Below the pieces are notes generated by a model that saw only the letters and a program-made list of their open reading frames with translations, did no database searches and had not been told where the DNA came from. The translations under genes were made by a program, and so were the position numbers. Shown here piece after piece: positions 47,477 to 57,461 of a stretch of DNA of 64,000 bases (position 1 is its first letter; the number at the start of each line of letters is the position of its first letter). This DNA comes from Pirellulales bacterium. GTDB taxonomy: Bacteria; Planctomycetota; Planctomycetia; Pirellulales; Lacipirellulaceae. The stretch is taken from NCBI GenBank assembly GCA_041741515.1, contig JBGSJY010000012.1, forward strand, positions 9,256 to 73,255, written 5' to 3'.

Positions 47477-48651
47477 CGGGCGCCCACCGTGCTCGGCTCG
47501 TCTAACTTAAGGAATGACTCGGCGTCATTGGCGAGCCGCGCCCAATCGAAGACTTCCACCGCCCTGCGACGCGCCGCCGCACCCACGGCGGAAAGCCGCT
47601 CGGGGTCGTTAAGCATTTCCGTCACGGCTGCGGCGATATTGCCGGCCTCGCGGCAATCGACTACCACGCCCGTTTCGCCGTCGATGAGGGTTTCCGGCGC
47701 GCCGCCGGAATCTCCCGAAAGGGCGGGTTTACCGCAGGACTGGGCTTCGACCAGAACCATCCCGAATCCCTCGAAGTCGCCGTTGACCGTGCGATTGGGA
47801 AGGGCAAACAAATCACACTGCTGGAAATATTGCACCAATCGCGCGTCCGTCACCTCGCCGCAAAACTGCACTCGATCGGCGACGCCATGCTCCTGCGCGA
47901 TGCGCTCCAGCCGAGGGCGCTCTTCCCCGGCGCCGACGACCGCGTACAGGAAGTCGGGGATGGCTCGTGTGATCTCGGCGATTGCTTCTATCATCTTGTC
48001 GTGCCCCTTGCGCCGCTGGAGTCGACCGACGGTGAGGACGACTTTTTTTCCGGACCAGCCGAGTTCCGAACGCTGCTCGTCGTCTCGATCCGCGGGGACG
48101 TACACCGACGTATCGACACCCGGGTGGATCACCACCGCCCGCGATGCGCTCTCCGGCCACGCTTCGCGTAACTGCGTTAAGGTGTTGTGGCTGTTCACGA
48201 TCACGCGCGACGCCGAACGCAGCACCCGGCGAGCCATCCAGCTAAGCTCGCGGCTCTGGCGATAGACGGCGATCTCTTCGCCGTGGACGTAACAGGCGTA
48301 CGGGATTCCAAGCCGCTTCTGCAGTCCCAAGGCGATCCAACCCTCGGGGATCACGCAGCAAGCGTGGACCGCTTCGGGTTGGAAATCGGAAGCAAGACGC
48401 AAGACCTCTTTCCTGAGCGCGGCGTAACGAGACCTGCCACCAGGCCAGAGCCCGCCCAGGTCGCCGGGCGCTAGGCGCGCTCTGACCGTTTTGAGCGAAC
48501 TCTTATCATCGAACGCCTGGTCGCCTTGGCAGGGCCCCGCGACGACGAGCACGTCGGAATCGGTAAAGCGGCGGTACAGCTCCCAGAGCCAGCGCCCGCT
48601 CCCGCCCACCCTCGGTGGGAAGACGTTGCTAAGAACCAAGGTACGGGTCAC
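47473..48651 (-). CDS. glycosyltransferase family 4
   Basis: FPPRVGGSG, VHGEE, VGRLQRRKG, EGFGMVLVEA. Confidence 0.9.
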   Translation of the reverse strand: MTRTLVLSNVFPPRVGGSGRWLWELYRRFTDSDVLVVAGPCQGDQAFDDKSSLKTVRARLAPGDLGGLWPGGRSRYAALRKEVLRLASDFQPEAVHACCVIPEGWIALGLQKRLGIPYACYVHGEEIAVYRQSRELSWMARRVLRSASRVIVNSHNTLTQLREAWPESASRAVVIHPGVDTSVYVPADRDDEQRSELGWSGKKVVLTVGRLQRRKGHDKMIEAIAEITRAIPDFLYAVVGAGEERPRLERIAQEHGVADRVQFCGEVTDARLVQYFQQCDLFALPNRTVNGDFEGFGMVLVEAQSCGKPALSGDSGGAPETLIDGETGVVVDCREAGNIAAAVTEMLNDPERLSAVGAAARRRAVEVFDWARLANDAESFLKLDEPSTVGAR

Positions 48652-49853
48652 GCGGTGGTTACACTCGCGGGCATAGTCACCTCTCGATAGTGCGAGACCA
48701 CGCTGGCGACATGGGACTCAATCGAGAAGACCTCTTCGCACCGGCGTCGGGCCGCCTCACCTAGCGACGCGCGACGCCCTTCATCATTGACGAGCGCGTG
48801 AATCGCTCCGGCCAGGGCGCTGGGGTCTCGCGGCGGGACGAGCAGTCCCGTCTCGTGGTCAACGATCATCTCAGGGATGCCGCCGGTGTCCGAGCCGATC
48901 ACAGGCCTGCCCGCCGCCATCGCCTCGAGCGTCGCATTCCCCAGCGGCTCGACGTGCGAAGGAACCAGCACGACGTCGCACGCCGCTAGCCAGATTGGCA
49001 CGTCGCGACGGAACCCGTGGAAGCGGGCGTCGACGCCCAATTGGTCTGCGAGCCGCTCCATTTCGCGGCAATAACGGCCTTCGTTTTCCAAGTCGTCGCC
49101 GACGATGTGCAGCTCGGAGTTCTCGCGAGCGTCGCCCGCTAGTTGGCCCCAGGCTCGCAGGGCGTCGGCGACTCCCTTTCGTTCTATCAATTGTCCGGCC
49201 TGCAGGACGATGATTTTGTGGGGGTCCAAGCCGAGAGCGGCCCGAGCGGCCCGCTTATCCTCGTCGCTCGGCAGCGGCGGCAACACGAGGCCGTCGTACG
49301 CCACCGCGCACTCGGCCGCGGACAGGTTTGGGGATTCACTGCAGAGGGTGTCCCGGAGATACTGCGAGACGAACAGATGCCGCTCGGCGCCGTGCTTGTT
49401 GAGCCAGTCGATCGCCTCTCGCTGGAACACCCATCGGTGATGGCAAACGAGGGGCAAGCCCATTCGGCGGGCGACGCCGCCGACCATCTGGCTGGTCGGA
49501 AGGTCGTTCGCGTGCACCACATCGGGCTGCTCACGGAGAAAAATCTCCCGCAACCGACGCTGCATCCGTACCGTCTTCCAGAAGGTCCATTTGTCCGTCG
49601 TGACCATCGGCACGAGTTCACACCGCAGCCCCGCGTCGCGATAACGCGTGAGCGCTTCGCCGTCGGTCCCGACGATTACCATCACGTCGTGCCCCGCATC
49701 GACCAGCCCCAAAGCCAGCCGCTCGGCAGCGACCTCGGCGCCGGCCAGGAAGGGGGCCCAGGTGGCGAGGGCGATTTTCAACGGGGGCTGCTCATCTTGA
49801 AGCGAACACGAATTCGTTGCGGCATGATCTCGAACGGGGGGCGAGAGCGTCAT
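48648..49853 (-). CDS. glycosyltransferase family 4
   Basis: AGAE, GQLIERKG, EPLGNATLEAMAAG. Confidence 0.9.
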   Translation of the reverse strand: MTLSPPVRDHAATNSCSLQDEQPPLKIALATWAPFLAGAEVAAERLALGLVDAGHDVMVIVGTDGEALTRYRDAGLRCELVPMVTTDKWTFWKTVRMQRRLREIFLREQPDVVHANDLPTSQMVGGVARRMGLPLVCHHRWVFQREAIDWLNKHGAERHLFVSQYLRDTLCSESPNLSAAECAVAYDGLVLPPLPSDEDKRAARAALGLDPHKIIVLQAGQLIERKGVADALRAWGQLAGDARENSELHIVGDDLENEGRYCREMERLADQLGVDARFHGFRRDVPIWLAACDVVLVPSHVEPLGNATLEAMAAGRPVIGSDTGGIPEMIVDHETGLLVPPRDPSALAGAIHALVNDEGRRASLGEAARRRCEEVFSIESHVASVVSHYREVTMPASVTTA

Positions 49854-51052
49854 AACGCCGCCTTTACTCCTTGGCGGTGGGTTAGGGCGTGCGGTGAGGT
49901 GAGCCGGTCGTAGATTTCGCGGACTTGCTCAAAACTCTTCCGGGGATCGAACTCCGATCCAACACGATCCTTGGCCGCTTGCCCCAGCCGATCTCGCAGT
50001 TGTGCGTCATTTAGCAAACTCGTCACCGCCGCTTCGAGTGACGGCAAATCACCGACGCCGACGATCCGCCCTGTTTCGCCCACGACTTCGGCGACCGATC
50101 CGCCGTCGTAGGCCACCACCGTCACGCCGCAAGCCATCGCCTCGCACACGCTGTTGCCGAAGGTTTCGTACTCGCTCGTGCTCACGGAGACATCGCACAC
50201 GTGGTGAAACGGCTCAATCGGATCGACGTTGCCGAGCAATCGAAGCCGGTCACCCAGACCGCTCTGCTCCACCTCTCGCTCGATTCGCGCTCGGTACGCT
50301 TCGTCACCGGGAACTTCCCCTCCGGCAATGAGTCCGACGACGGCTCGATTCTGGTTTGCGAGGCGCTCGATGAGGGTAACGAAGTCATGCACCCGCTTGC
50401 GGGGCCGCAACGGACTCGCTGTGCCGACAACCAGGGCTTCCTCCGCGATGCCGAGCTCTCTCCGCAGGTCGCGCCCGGCTTGCTTCATTCCGTCGCAGCG
50501 CTGGACGTCGATGCCTAAACGCACCACGTGTTGACGATGCGGATCGACAAGTCCACTGATGGCGTCGAGCGAATCCTCTCGCTGCTGGTGCGAGGTCCAG
50601 AGCAGGGCGTCGGGCTGCTTCGCGTCCCGCAGGCACCACTCGGCGAACCCTCGGTCCAGCCGGTAGCGGACGTGGCACACCATGGGGCGGCGCAACCAGC
50701 GGCGGACCAACAGGGCGAAGGGGTAGACGTCGTGCTCGTTGCAGTGGATCACCCGAACGCCTTGCTTTCGCGCCCAGTTCGCGACCCGCCACGCATGCCC
50801 GATCGCCTGCCACGGCCGCCGCTTGTCGAGCCACGGCATCGGATCGACCAGGCACGGAACCCCTTCGGCCCGCAGCCATGCAGGAAAGGCGCCTTCCTTC
50901 TGGACGACGACAGCGGGCGTGACCCCCTTGGCCTGCCACTCGCCCACCCACGCCTGCAAGATCCGCGACGTGCTGGCGAGGTTGGGGTTGTTGGTGAGGT
51001 AGAGGGGGGTCACTAGCGTAGTGTGAACGGAGGAATGCCAAGAAGAGACCAT
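49850..51052 (-). CDS. glycosyltransferase family 4
   Basis: HCNEH, LRPRKR, ETFGNSVCEAMACG; ATG 51052 in TGATG overlap. Confidence 0.88.
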   Translation of the reverse strand: MVSSWHSSVHTTLVTPLYLTNNPNLASTSRILQAWVGEWQAKGVTPAVVVQKEGAFPAWLRAEGVPCLVDPMPWLDKRRPWQAIGHAWRVANWARKQGVRVIHCNEHDVYPFALLVRRWLRRPMVCHVRYRLDRGFAEWCLRDAKQPDALLWTSHQQREDSLDAISGLVDPHRQHVVRLGIDVQRCDGMKQAGRDLRRELGIAEEALVVGTASPLRPRKRVHDFVTLIERLANQNRAVVGLIAGGEVPGDEAYRARIEREVEQSGLGDRLRLLGNVDPIEPFHHVCDVSVSTSEYETFGNSVCEAMACGVTVVAYDGGSVAEVVGETGRIVGVGDLPSLEAAVTSLLNDAQLRDRLGQAAKDRVGSEFDPRKSFEQVREIYDRLTSPHALTHRQGVKAAL

Positions 51053-51843
51053 CAGGACAATCTGCGTATCCGGGCAATGACATCCCCCCATTGTTTCTCA
51101 GCATCGTTCAAGCTCCTCGCGGTGAGGTCATCCATTAGCTCTTGCCCCGATACATATCTTCCCAAAACCTCTTTAAGCGGGCTCGACAGCGTGTAGTTGT
51201 ATTCATAATCGCCAAGGGCCCCTAGTGTCTCACAGCACTCGCTGACTGCTGGGAGATTGTCAGGGATCCACTCAAAAGTGAGGAATGGGATCGGCGTCGA
51301 GAGGCCCCGTAGTACTTCTGCTTCATATCCCTCAACATCAATCTTGCAGAAGGTGGGGACGCCGAATTGCTCTATTAATTGGTCGAGTGTGACGATATCG
51401 ACCTCTATGGTATCAACAAACTTTCTCTCATGCAGCCGAGTATTTCGCGTCCCCCAATCGCTCAAAAACGAGGAGATCGTAGTAGAGTCTCCTACATGTA
51501 GGGGAAGTCGTCCTGGTTCGCTTCCAACTGCTTTACGAATCAAGTGCACGTCGTCGTAACATCTCGTGTTGTTGTATAATGCGTCTGCCGCGGAAGGAAC
51601 TGGCTCAACAGCGATCACCTTCGAACCGAGTCTCGCAAAAACAATGGTCTTTTCCCCAATGTTTGCACCAATGTCAAAGCAGACGCCGCTTCCAACCCCG
51701 TACCTACTGTAGAACTGATCCTCTTCCTTTCGTCGCAGCAACCAGTCCGGCTGACGAAAGCCGTTCCATATCCATCGCATTAGCGAATATATGGGACTAC
51801 CTTTTATTAACCCAAGCTGATGCATGCCGGTTACGCGCTCCAA
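51052..51843 (-). CDS. FkbM family methyltransferase
   Basis: FDIGANIG, AVEP, TLD, KIDVEGYE; low GC. Confidence 0.9.
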   Translation of the reverse strand: MERVTGMHQLGLIKGSPIYSLMRWIWNGFRQPDWLLRRKEEDQFYSRYGVGSGVCFDIGANIGEKTIVFARLGSKVIAVEPVPSAADALYNNTRCYDDVHLIRKAVGSEPGRLPLHVGDSTTISSFLSDWGTRNTRLHERKFVDTIEVDIVTLDQLIEQFGVPTFCKIDVEGYEAEVLRGLSTPIPFLTFEWIPDNLPAVSECCETLGALGDYEYNYTLSSPLKEVLGRYVSGQELMDDLTARSLNDAEKQWGDVIARIRRLS

Positions 51844-52799
51844 TCCCGAGATGTGACTAGGCCAGCAGGTACGCCCCAGCCAGCCGGGTTTCTATAGATA
51901 GAGGTCTCGTTTTGAAGGCGAAGCGTATTTCGCGCAATGGCGGACTCAACTTCGCTAATGTCTAGTGATGCGTACTTCGGATGCCACTGATGGAGATAGA
52001 ACGTTCTATCTTTGATGCTCACTATCTCTAGTCCAAGTTTATAGAAACGTCTCTGTAGGTCTGTGTCTTCAGTCCCCCATACCTCATACTGCTCATCGTA
52101 CCCACGTAGGATGTGGTAAAATAGTGTGTACGTGAGGTTGATGCCTTCGTTGCAGTCGCCGGACGATCGCGGAGTTGATAGCCTTTTTATTCGCAACACA
52201 GTTTCGCTGTCTCCGGTAAGAGCCCAGTCTTGTAGAGCAGGAGCCGACTCTGCGGGCGTGTCAAGCATTTGCGAATATATCGCAGATAAAGGACGTTCTC
52301 TTAAAACAGAAATTGCGGTCGAAAGGTAGTCGGGAGCGAAAAGTATGTCAGCATCGCAGGACATCAGATACTTTGTGTCAGTAGACTTGATGCCGATGTT
52401 GTAACAATGGGGCTTGTTCCACTGAGGTTGTCCCTTTACCTTGACGTGCACGGCACCGTACTTTGCGCACAGTCGCTCGATGAATGTAGAGAGTTCCGCG
52501 TCATTGTCGTAGTCGACCAGCTTTATATAAACCGCTAAGTTTGCGGCGTTTTGGTTGCGTAGGCTTTTGAGTGTGTTTTCGAGTTTGTAGTCGATGCGAT
52601 CTCGCACCCCGATAACTATAGTTACGGCTTCAGGTAGACCTGCATGAACTGATAGCTGGCGAAGAAGCCACCTGCGCCGCAATCGTACGCCGATAACGGT
52701 GTTGTATAGACCTCCCCGGTGTGTGTATCGCCATGGCAGGGCTGGCATTTTTGGTAGGTATTTCACGGCAAGGCTGCTCAAAGCGACAGTGTTGGGCAC
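51831..52799 (-). CDS. glycosyltransferase family 2 (galactosyltransferase-like C-terminus)
   Basis: CDADILF, GYDEQYEVWGTEDTDL, HQWH; low GC. Confidence 0.85.
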   Translation of the reverse strand: MPNTVALSSLAVKYLPKMPALPWRYTHRGGLYNTVIGVRLRRRWLLRQLSVHAGLPEAVTIVIGVRDRIDYKLENTLKSLRNQNAANLAVYIKLVDYDNDAELSTFIERLCAKYGAVHVKVKGQPQWNKPHCYNIGIKSTDTKYLMSCDADILFAPDYLSTAISVLRERPLSAIYSQMLDTPAESAPALQDWALTGDSETVLRIKRLSTPRSSGDCNEGINLTYTLFYHILRGYDEQYEVWGTEDTDLQRRFYKLGLEIVSIKDRTFYLHQWHPKYASLDISEVESAIARNTLRLQNETSIYRNPAGWGVPAGLVTSRDWSA

Positions 52800-53016
52800 T
52801 GTTTAATTAGTTGGTTGCAAGCTTCGCCGATTGTCATGCCTATTACGCACAGAATGCGACAGCGGTCTAGCAAGGCTGCTAGACCAAGGTGTGTGAGCAC
52901 CCATTTGTCTCCACCAAGCCGGAATTGCAGTTTCCACCATTGGCGCTTGAGTGTATCGATAACGCCCAACTTCGTATCGTCTGTAAGAGGCAATGTAGTT
53001 CCAGTACGCAATTGCC

Positions 53017-54252
53017 CTATCGGCGTATTGTATGCAGCTGGCAATGTTTCGCGGAGTTTGTGGATGTACTCATGACTTGTTGAGAATCTGATGCAGCGCA
53101 CTTCGATTTGCTAACCGTTTGAATCCGATCGATCAACCCGTCAAAGACGGTTGTTCTGTCTGACTCTCGTGCGTTGAGAGTACCACGACGGACTTGCTCT
53201 TCGCGGTACTCGGGCTGCGCGTAAAGTTTCGTCCACGCGTCGGCGATGGCCCGAACGTCGCCCGCTTCGAAGATCGTGCCCGCGGCGCCATCGAGGGCAA
53301 CGCGGCGTGGACCCGGCAAGTTGGGCACGGCAATTGGCGTGCCGCACGCCTGGGCCTCGACAAAAACGATGCCTAGCGTCTCGTTAGGGTGGGCCGAAGG
53401 CATGCAGAGCACGTCGAAGGCGCGCATCAAATCCGGTACGTCATCCCGCTCTCCCAGCAGTAGGACGCGATCGGAGACGCCGGCCTCTTCGGCCGCTTGG
53501 AGCACCGTTGCGCGATCGCCATCTCCGGCGATCACTAACTTTGCCTTTGGAACTTGCTGCACAAAGTGGCCGAGGGCCCGAGCGGCGAGGTCAAACGACT
53601 TCTGAGGGTTCAATGCGCCGACGCCGCCGATCACGAACTCGTCTTCGCGAATCCCGAGGGCCCGCCGCGTCCTCTGACGAGCGACCGGGTCGGGGCGGAA
53701 TCGCGTCAAGTTGACGGGGTAGTTCCACAATTGGCAGCGTTCAGCGGGCCAGCCATAGGCCGCTCGCCAATTGGTAAGTTGAGTTGTGTTATTGAACAGG
53801 CCCAGGGTCATGTAGCGGTAGGCGAGTCTCGCCGACAGCACCGCCTCACGGCCCCACTGGCTCGCTCCAAGTTGACCGTCGGGGTTAGCGACTTCCGTCC
53901 CAAACTGCACGATCCGATGGCGTACTCCTAGCAGCCTGGCGGCGACCAGGAAGGCGTGGAAGTTAGGCATCCCCGTCGTGCAGCAGAACAGCGCGTCGGG
54001 CCGTTCGCTGCCGATAATCTTCAGGGCAGAAAGCAAGGAAGCGGGGCGGAGCGACCGCGGCTCGACTCGCTTGACGACACTCACCTTGCATTCGTCCGGG
54101 TGCTCTTCCGCGAGCGACTCGAACGGGTTGCGCTGCAGGCACACGATCCGCACCTTGTGCCCACGGTCGATCGCCGCCCGTGCAATCTCGCGAATGCAAG
54201 TCTGTAGCCCGCCGCGGAGGTACGCGTCGTCGGAAAGCAGGAGCCACTTCAA
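53017..54252 (-). CDS. glycosyltransferase family 4
   Basis: GGLQ, VGALNPQK, ETLGIVFVEAQACG. Confidence 0.88.
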   Translation of the reverse strand: MKWLLLSDDAYLRGGLQTCIREIARAAIDRGHKVRIVCLQRNPFESLAEEHPDECKVSVVKRVEPRSLRPASLLSALKIIGSERPDALFCCTTGMPNFHAFLVAARLLGVRHRIVQFGTEVANPDGQLGASQWGREAVLSARLAYRYMTLGLFNNTTQLTNWRAAYGWPAERCQLWNYPVNLTRFRPDPVARQRTRRALGIREDEFVIGGVGALNPQKSFDLAARALGHFVQQVPKAKLVIAGDGDRATVLQAAEEAGVSDRVLLLGERDDVPDLMRAFDVLCMPSAHPNETLGIVFVEAQACGTPIAVPNLPGPRRVALDGAAGTIFEAGDVRAIADAWTKLYAQPEYREEQVRRGTLNARESDRTTVFDGLIDRIQTVSKSKCAASDSQQVMSTSTNSAKHCQLHTIRR

Positions 54253-54271
54253 AATGAATTATCCAACAAAG

Positions 54272-55240
54272 TCACGATTGTACAAACCGCGATGTCGCCG
54301 GCATCGCGGCGATCGGCTCCGCCAAAGTCAATGACTCTGCTAGTACCGGTTGAACATCGAGCGTATTTGCGATCTCGTAAGTCTGGCAGAACGAAATCGT
54401 CCGCTCCGCAAGCCGTTCGTCAACCGAGATCGCGTGGCGTTCGTCGCTGAGGTATCTCCTGCGTTTACCAAGAAGCTTCTTCAGCCGTCGGATGAGGAGC
54501 TTGATCTTCAAACTCCTTCTCGTTTGAGCGACTAGGCCGGCGTCAGTAGCATGACCCCAAAGAGTAGGCAGACGCTCCGGGGCGTACTCAGAGCCGATGC
54601 AAGCGCACCAATCAGCCCATTTGCGAGATGAGATTGTCGGGTTGGAAACCAAAGGAATCCAATCGACACGTAGAGCGTCTGCTACGATAGCCCCATGCAG
54701 AGCTTCAGTGAGTATCACTTCGCAGCGCGACATTAAAGCGAGGATTTCCAGCAAGGGCCGGCGTACATCGATAAGTTTAATTCCTGCCGAGTCTGCGGCA
54801 ATTCGCCAAGCCTCGCCATCCAGAGCCATACTGGCGACGTGCGGCATTACAGCGGCACGAATGTCCCGGTCGGGGTTAGGGCGAATGCAAAAGCGGATCA
54901 TCGTAGCGGCATCCGCAACGGCAAGATCACGGCTTATCCCTAGCGATTCTGCCGTATGTGGACCTCTTACGAAAACGACATCGCATTGACTTGGAAGCGA
55001 TTCCACGGGCTCGCCGTATCCGAACCCACTCCCAAACACGACATGCCGTCTGTCTGCAAATCGCTCGAAAAAGCCGCGGTTCATATGCGAGCCAATTGCA
55101 GAAAAGAGTGTGTCTTCTTGTCGGTCTCTGAGGTCTGGAAACAGCCTGTCCCAAAGCCATAGATTGAGGTCGTCCCCGAAATTGAGAAAGCCGCGATCGA
55201 CACTCTCATCAATGCCGGCGCTGTAAGAGTAGATTTGCAT
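54272..55240 (-). CDS. polysaccharide pyruvyl transferase (ExoV-like)
   Basis: NFGDDLNLWLW, IGS, FGSG, VRGP, EALHGAIVADALRVDW, KWADW. Confidence 0.88.
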   Translation of the reverse strand: MQIYSYSAGIDESVDRGFLNFGDDLNLWLWDRLFPDLRDRQEDTLFSAIGSHMNRGFFERFADRRHVVFGSGFGYGEPVESLPSQCDVVFVRGPHTAESLGISRDLAVADAATMIRFCIRPNPDRDIRAAVMPHVASMALDGEAWRIAADSAGIKLIDVRRPLLEILALMSRCEVILTEALHGAIVADALRVDWIPLVSNPTISSRKWADWCACIGSEYAPERLPTLWGHATDAGLVAQTRRSLKIKLLIRRLKKLLGKRRRYLSDERHAISVDERLAERTISFCQTYEIANTLDVQPVLAESLTLAEPIAAMPATSRFVQS

Positions 55241-55251
55241 TGGTGATTCGA

Positions 55252-56538
55252 CTATCCGGCGTGAACTGCTTCACTGGTGTGGCTAGACGCTTCGACGGCC
55301 TCCCAGGTTGCGTGGGCAACGCAGGACCCTCCGGAGAACCCCCGGCCGCCACCGAGAAGCGAACTGTTCTCGACCTGAAACCGCGAGGCTTGTTCGATCC
55401 GTTCAACGACTGCGTTTTGCTCCATAATCGACACCGTGATTGTGTAATCACCGGGAGGCAGCGGGCATTGGCTAACTTGGCAGGCGAGTCGCTGAACCCC
55501 CGAAGACGAATGTGGCGTCCACCGAGACACTGGGGTTTGTAGCGTCAGGAAGCGCTGTCCAAACATAGAGTCGATTCCAATCGCTATTCGAGGGTTGGAT
55601 AGCGTGATGGCTGGATCGAATTCAAGTTCGATCACTAGTTCGCCCCCGAGCGACACGACTGGAGTCGCTACTTGTCCACCGCGGTTGACAGCGACACTTC
55701 GCAGGTGCTTTGTGTTACCCAGTGGGGATGTGGCGCTTAGCGATTCGATGAGCGTTGAGCGGTAAGCATCGATTACGCTCTGAATGCGACCTTTTGCCCT
55801 TATGCTTGCGTTGCTAATCAACAATCCTTGATTGCAAAGCGATTCGATAGCCGCCATGTTATGGCTGACGAACAGCACGGTACGCCCGCCCCTTGCCACG
55901 TCCTGCATTTTCCCCAGACATTTCTTCTGAAACTCCGCGTCCCCCACCGCCAGCACCTCGTCAACAATTAAGATTTCTGGCTCGAGGTGGGCCGCTACCG
56001 CGAACGCCAGCCGCACCTGCATGCCGGAGCTGTAACGCTTGGTGGGCGTGTCGAGGAACTTCTCGACGCCGGAGAAGTCGACGATCTCGTCGAACTTGCG
56101 GTCGATCTCGCGCTTCGTCATGCCGAGGATCGTGCCGTTCATGTAAACGTTTTCGCGGCCGGTCAGCTCGGGGTGGAAGCCGGTGCCGACCTCCAGCAGG
56201 CTGCTGACGCGGCCGCGGATCACGGCCCGGCCGCCGGTGGGCTCGGTGATCCGCGAGAGGATCTTGAGGAGCGTGCTCTTGCCGGCGCCGTTGCGGCCGA
56301 TGACGCCGACGACCTCTCCCTCCTGGACCTCGAAGGAGACGTCCTTCAGGGCCCAGAGGATGTCGTCGGCCTCGTCCCCCTCGCGCATGCTGGTGAGCTC
56401 GTGCAGCTTACGCAGGTTGCGGAGCGGGTAGCGGAGCGAGTTGGTGAGCGCGCCGACGAGCGTGTCGGCGGACTCTTCCTTGGCGCCGATGCGGTACGCC
56501 TTGGAGAGGTTCTCGACGGAGATAGCGGGGTGGGACAT
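55252..56538 (-). CDS. wzt: polysaccharide ABC transporter ATP-binding protein with C-terminal domain
   Basis: WALKDVSF, GRNGAGKST, YSSGMQVRL, DEVLAVGD, FVSH; ATG 56538. Confidence 0.93.
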   Translation of the reverse strand: MSHPAISVENLSKAYRIGAKEESADTLVGALTNSLRYPLRNLRKLHELTSMREGDEADDILWALKDVSFEVQEGEVVGVIGRNGAGKSTLLKILSRITEPTGGRAVIRGRVSSLLEVGTGFHPELTGRENVYMNGTILGMTKREIDRKFDEIVDFSGVEKFLDTPTKRYSSGMQVRLAFAVAAHLEPEILIVDEVLAVGDAEFQKKCLGKMQDVARGGRTVLFVSHNMAAIESLCNQGLLISNASIRAKGRIQSVIDAYRSTLIESLSATSPLGNTKHLRSVAVNRGGQVATPVVSLGGELVIELEFDPAITLSNPRIAIGIDSMFGQRFLTLQTPVSRWTPHSSSGVQRLACQVSQCPLPPGDYTITVSIMEQNAVVERIEQASRFQVENSSLLGGGRGFSGGSCVAHATWEAVEASSHTSEAVHAG

Positions 56539-56561
56539 AGCGGAGAGAAAGGTGGGGCGCG

Positions 56562-57458
56562 TCAGGCGACGTCGGCGAACTCGGCTTCGTGTCGGCGGAA
56601 AAAGGCCAGGCCCGTTACTAGTAAGACGGTCGTGGAGGCGGCGCCGACGGCAATCAGGTCCCAGGGCATCGGCTGCGTGCCGAGCAGCCCCGCGCGGAAT
56701 CCCTCGATGACGCCGACCATCGGGTTGATGGCGTAGAGCAGCCGGTACCGTTCGGGGATCAGGCTGGTCGGGTAAACGACGGGCGAGGCGTACATCGCCA
56801 GCTGGACGACGAAGGTCATCGCGTGCTTGACGTCGCGGTACTGCACCGAGAGGGCGGTGAGCCAGATGCTGATCGCGGCCGCGGCGGCGACCATCAGCAC
56901 GGTCAGCACCGGCAAGAAGACGACCTGCCAAGGGGGGGCGTAGCGGAACGCGGCCATCACGACCACCAGGCAGCCCATGGCGATGACGAAGTCGACGAGC
57001 TTCGCGGCGACGGCCGACAGGGGCATGAGGATCCGCGGGAAGTAGACCTTGCGGAGCATGTTCGCCTCGCTGACGAGGCTGGCGACGCCGTCGGTGAGGG
57101 CGTTGGAGAAATAGGTCCACGGGACCAGCGCGGCGAAGCTAAAGAGGACGTACGGCGCGCCGTCGCTCTCGATCTGGGCGAGTTTGCCGAACACCACTGT
57201 GAACAGCAGCACCGAGAAGACGGGCTGGATCACGGCCCACCCAATCCCGATCGCGCTCTGGGCGTAGCGGACCTTGATCTGCCGCCAGACGAGGAAGCGG
57301 AACAGGTCGCGGTAGGCGTACAGCTCGCGCCAGTCGATGAGCTTCCAGCCGCGACGGCGCTCGATGACCGTGACCGGAATATCGTCCCGCTGAGGTATTG
57401 TCGGTTTCACCGGCGGGGCCGGGAGCGACGCGGGTTCGTGAACGATTGCCGTGGACAT
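56562..57458 (-). CDS. wzm: polysaccharide ABC transporter permease
   Basis: ELYAYRDL, IKVRYAQSAIG, KVYFPR, YRD, SPVVYP, NPM. Confidence 0.93.
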   Translation of the reverse strand: MSTAIVHEPASLPAPPVKPTIPQRDDIPVTVIERRRGWKLIDWRELYAYRDLFRFLVWRQIKVRYAQSAIGIGWAVIQPVFSVLLFTVVFGKLAQIESDGAPYVLFSFAALVPWTYFSNALTDGVASLVSEANMLRKVYFPRILMPLSAVAAKLVDFVIAMGCLVVVMAAFRYAPPWQVVFLPVLTVLMVAAAAAISIWLTALSVQYRDVKHAMTFVVQLAMYASPVVYPTSLIPERYRLLYAINPMVGVIEGFRAGLLGTQPMPWDLIAVGAASTTVLLVTGLAFFRRHEAEFADVA

Positions 57459-57461
57459 TAT

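Noticed and set aside
52778-53101. 107-aa ORF between GT4 and GT2
   Set aside because: Overlaps both neighbours, has no motif and a weak start; may be a remnant but is unsupported.
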